A stretch of 64,000 nucleotides of DNA from Lachnospiraceae bacterium (GTDB taxonomy: Bacteria > Bacillota > Clostridia > Lachnospirales > Lachnospiraceae), in assembly GCA_015056925.1 (NCBI GenBank), contig SVFJ01000006.1, positions 3,253-67,252 on the forward strand, given 5' to 3'. The notes beneath the pieces were generated by a model. It saw only the letters and a list, made by a program, of their open reading frames with translations, had not been told where the DNA came from and did no database searches. Every line of letters starts with the position of its first letter. Position 1 is the first letter of the stretch. Positions 63,996-64,000 of the stretch are shown here, one piece after another. A program made the translations under genes and the position numbers.

Positions 63996-64000
63996 GCATA

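Overview
Low-GC Firmicutes/Clostridia-style chromosome segment, judged from GGAGG-type RBSs, a T-box leader, hairpin plus T-run terminators and BspA-type LRR surface proteins. It is probably a motile, pectin-degrading gut Lachnospiraceae, but the taxon cannot be verified here. Gene order: (1) a Trp T-box leader and a trpE-G-D-C-F-A operon with no trpB. (2) An ABC exporter, a LysR regulator and a divergent tryptophanase/tyrosine-phenol-lyase-family enzyme. (3) A 1628-aa PL9-type pectate-lyase-like surface protein, an MCP, an ArsR-like regulator with a GH51-like arabinofuranosidase lipoprotein, a Na/Pi-PhoU transporter, and AraC with a two-gene ABC exporter. (4) A roughly 12 kb accessory island (about 27.7-39.5 kb), visibly AT-rich in its left part, with no integrase. 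It carries an SF1 (Upf1-like) helicase fused to a restriction-endonuclease-like domain and a PHP phosphoesterase fused to a Rad50/SMC-like ATPase. It also carries two decayed genes, a 404-aa protein built from an internally duplicated module, a PLD nuclease-SF2 helicase-DUF3427-type giant and a tightly coupled Nudix hydrolase. (5) LMW-PTP, a CotH lipoprotein, TspO, tyrA, an EF-G2-type paralog and a second MCP. (6) A 242-aa protein that looks like a LeuRS with its catalytic core deleted. (7) A >15 kb adhesin locus with two class B sortases that have long cytoplasmic N-terminal extensions. Their giant substrates end in TPKTG or TPETG. The two sortase modules are split by an antisense three-gene cassette led by a Cys/Asn-rich double tiny-TM protein. 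No rRNA, tRNA, CRISPR array, integrase or transposase was recognised. All homology calls come from motif recognition by eye; no searches were run.
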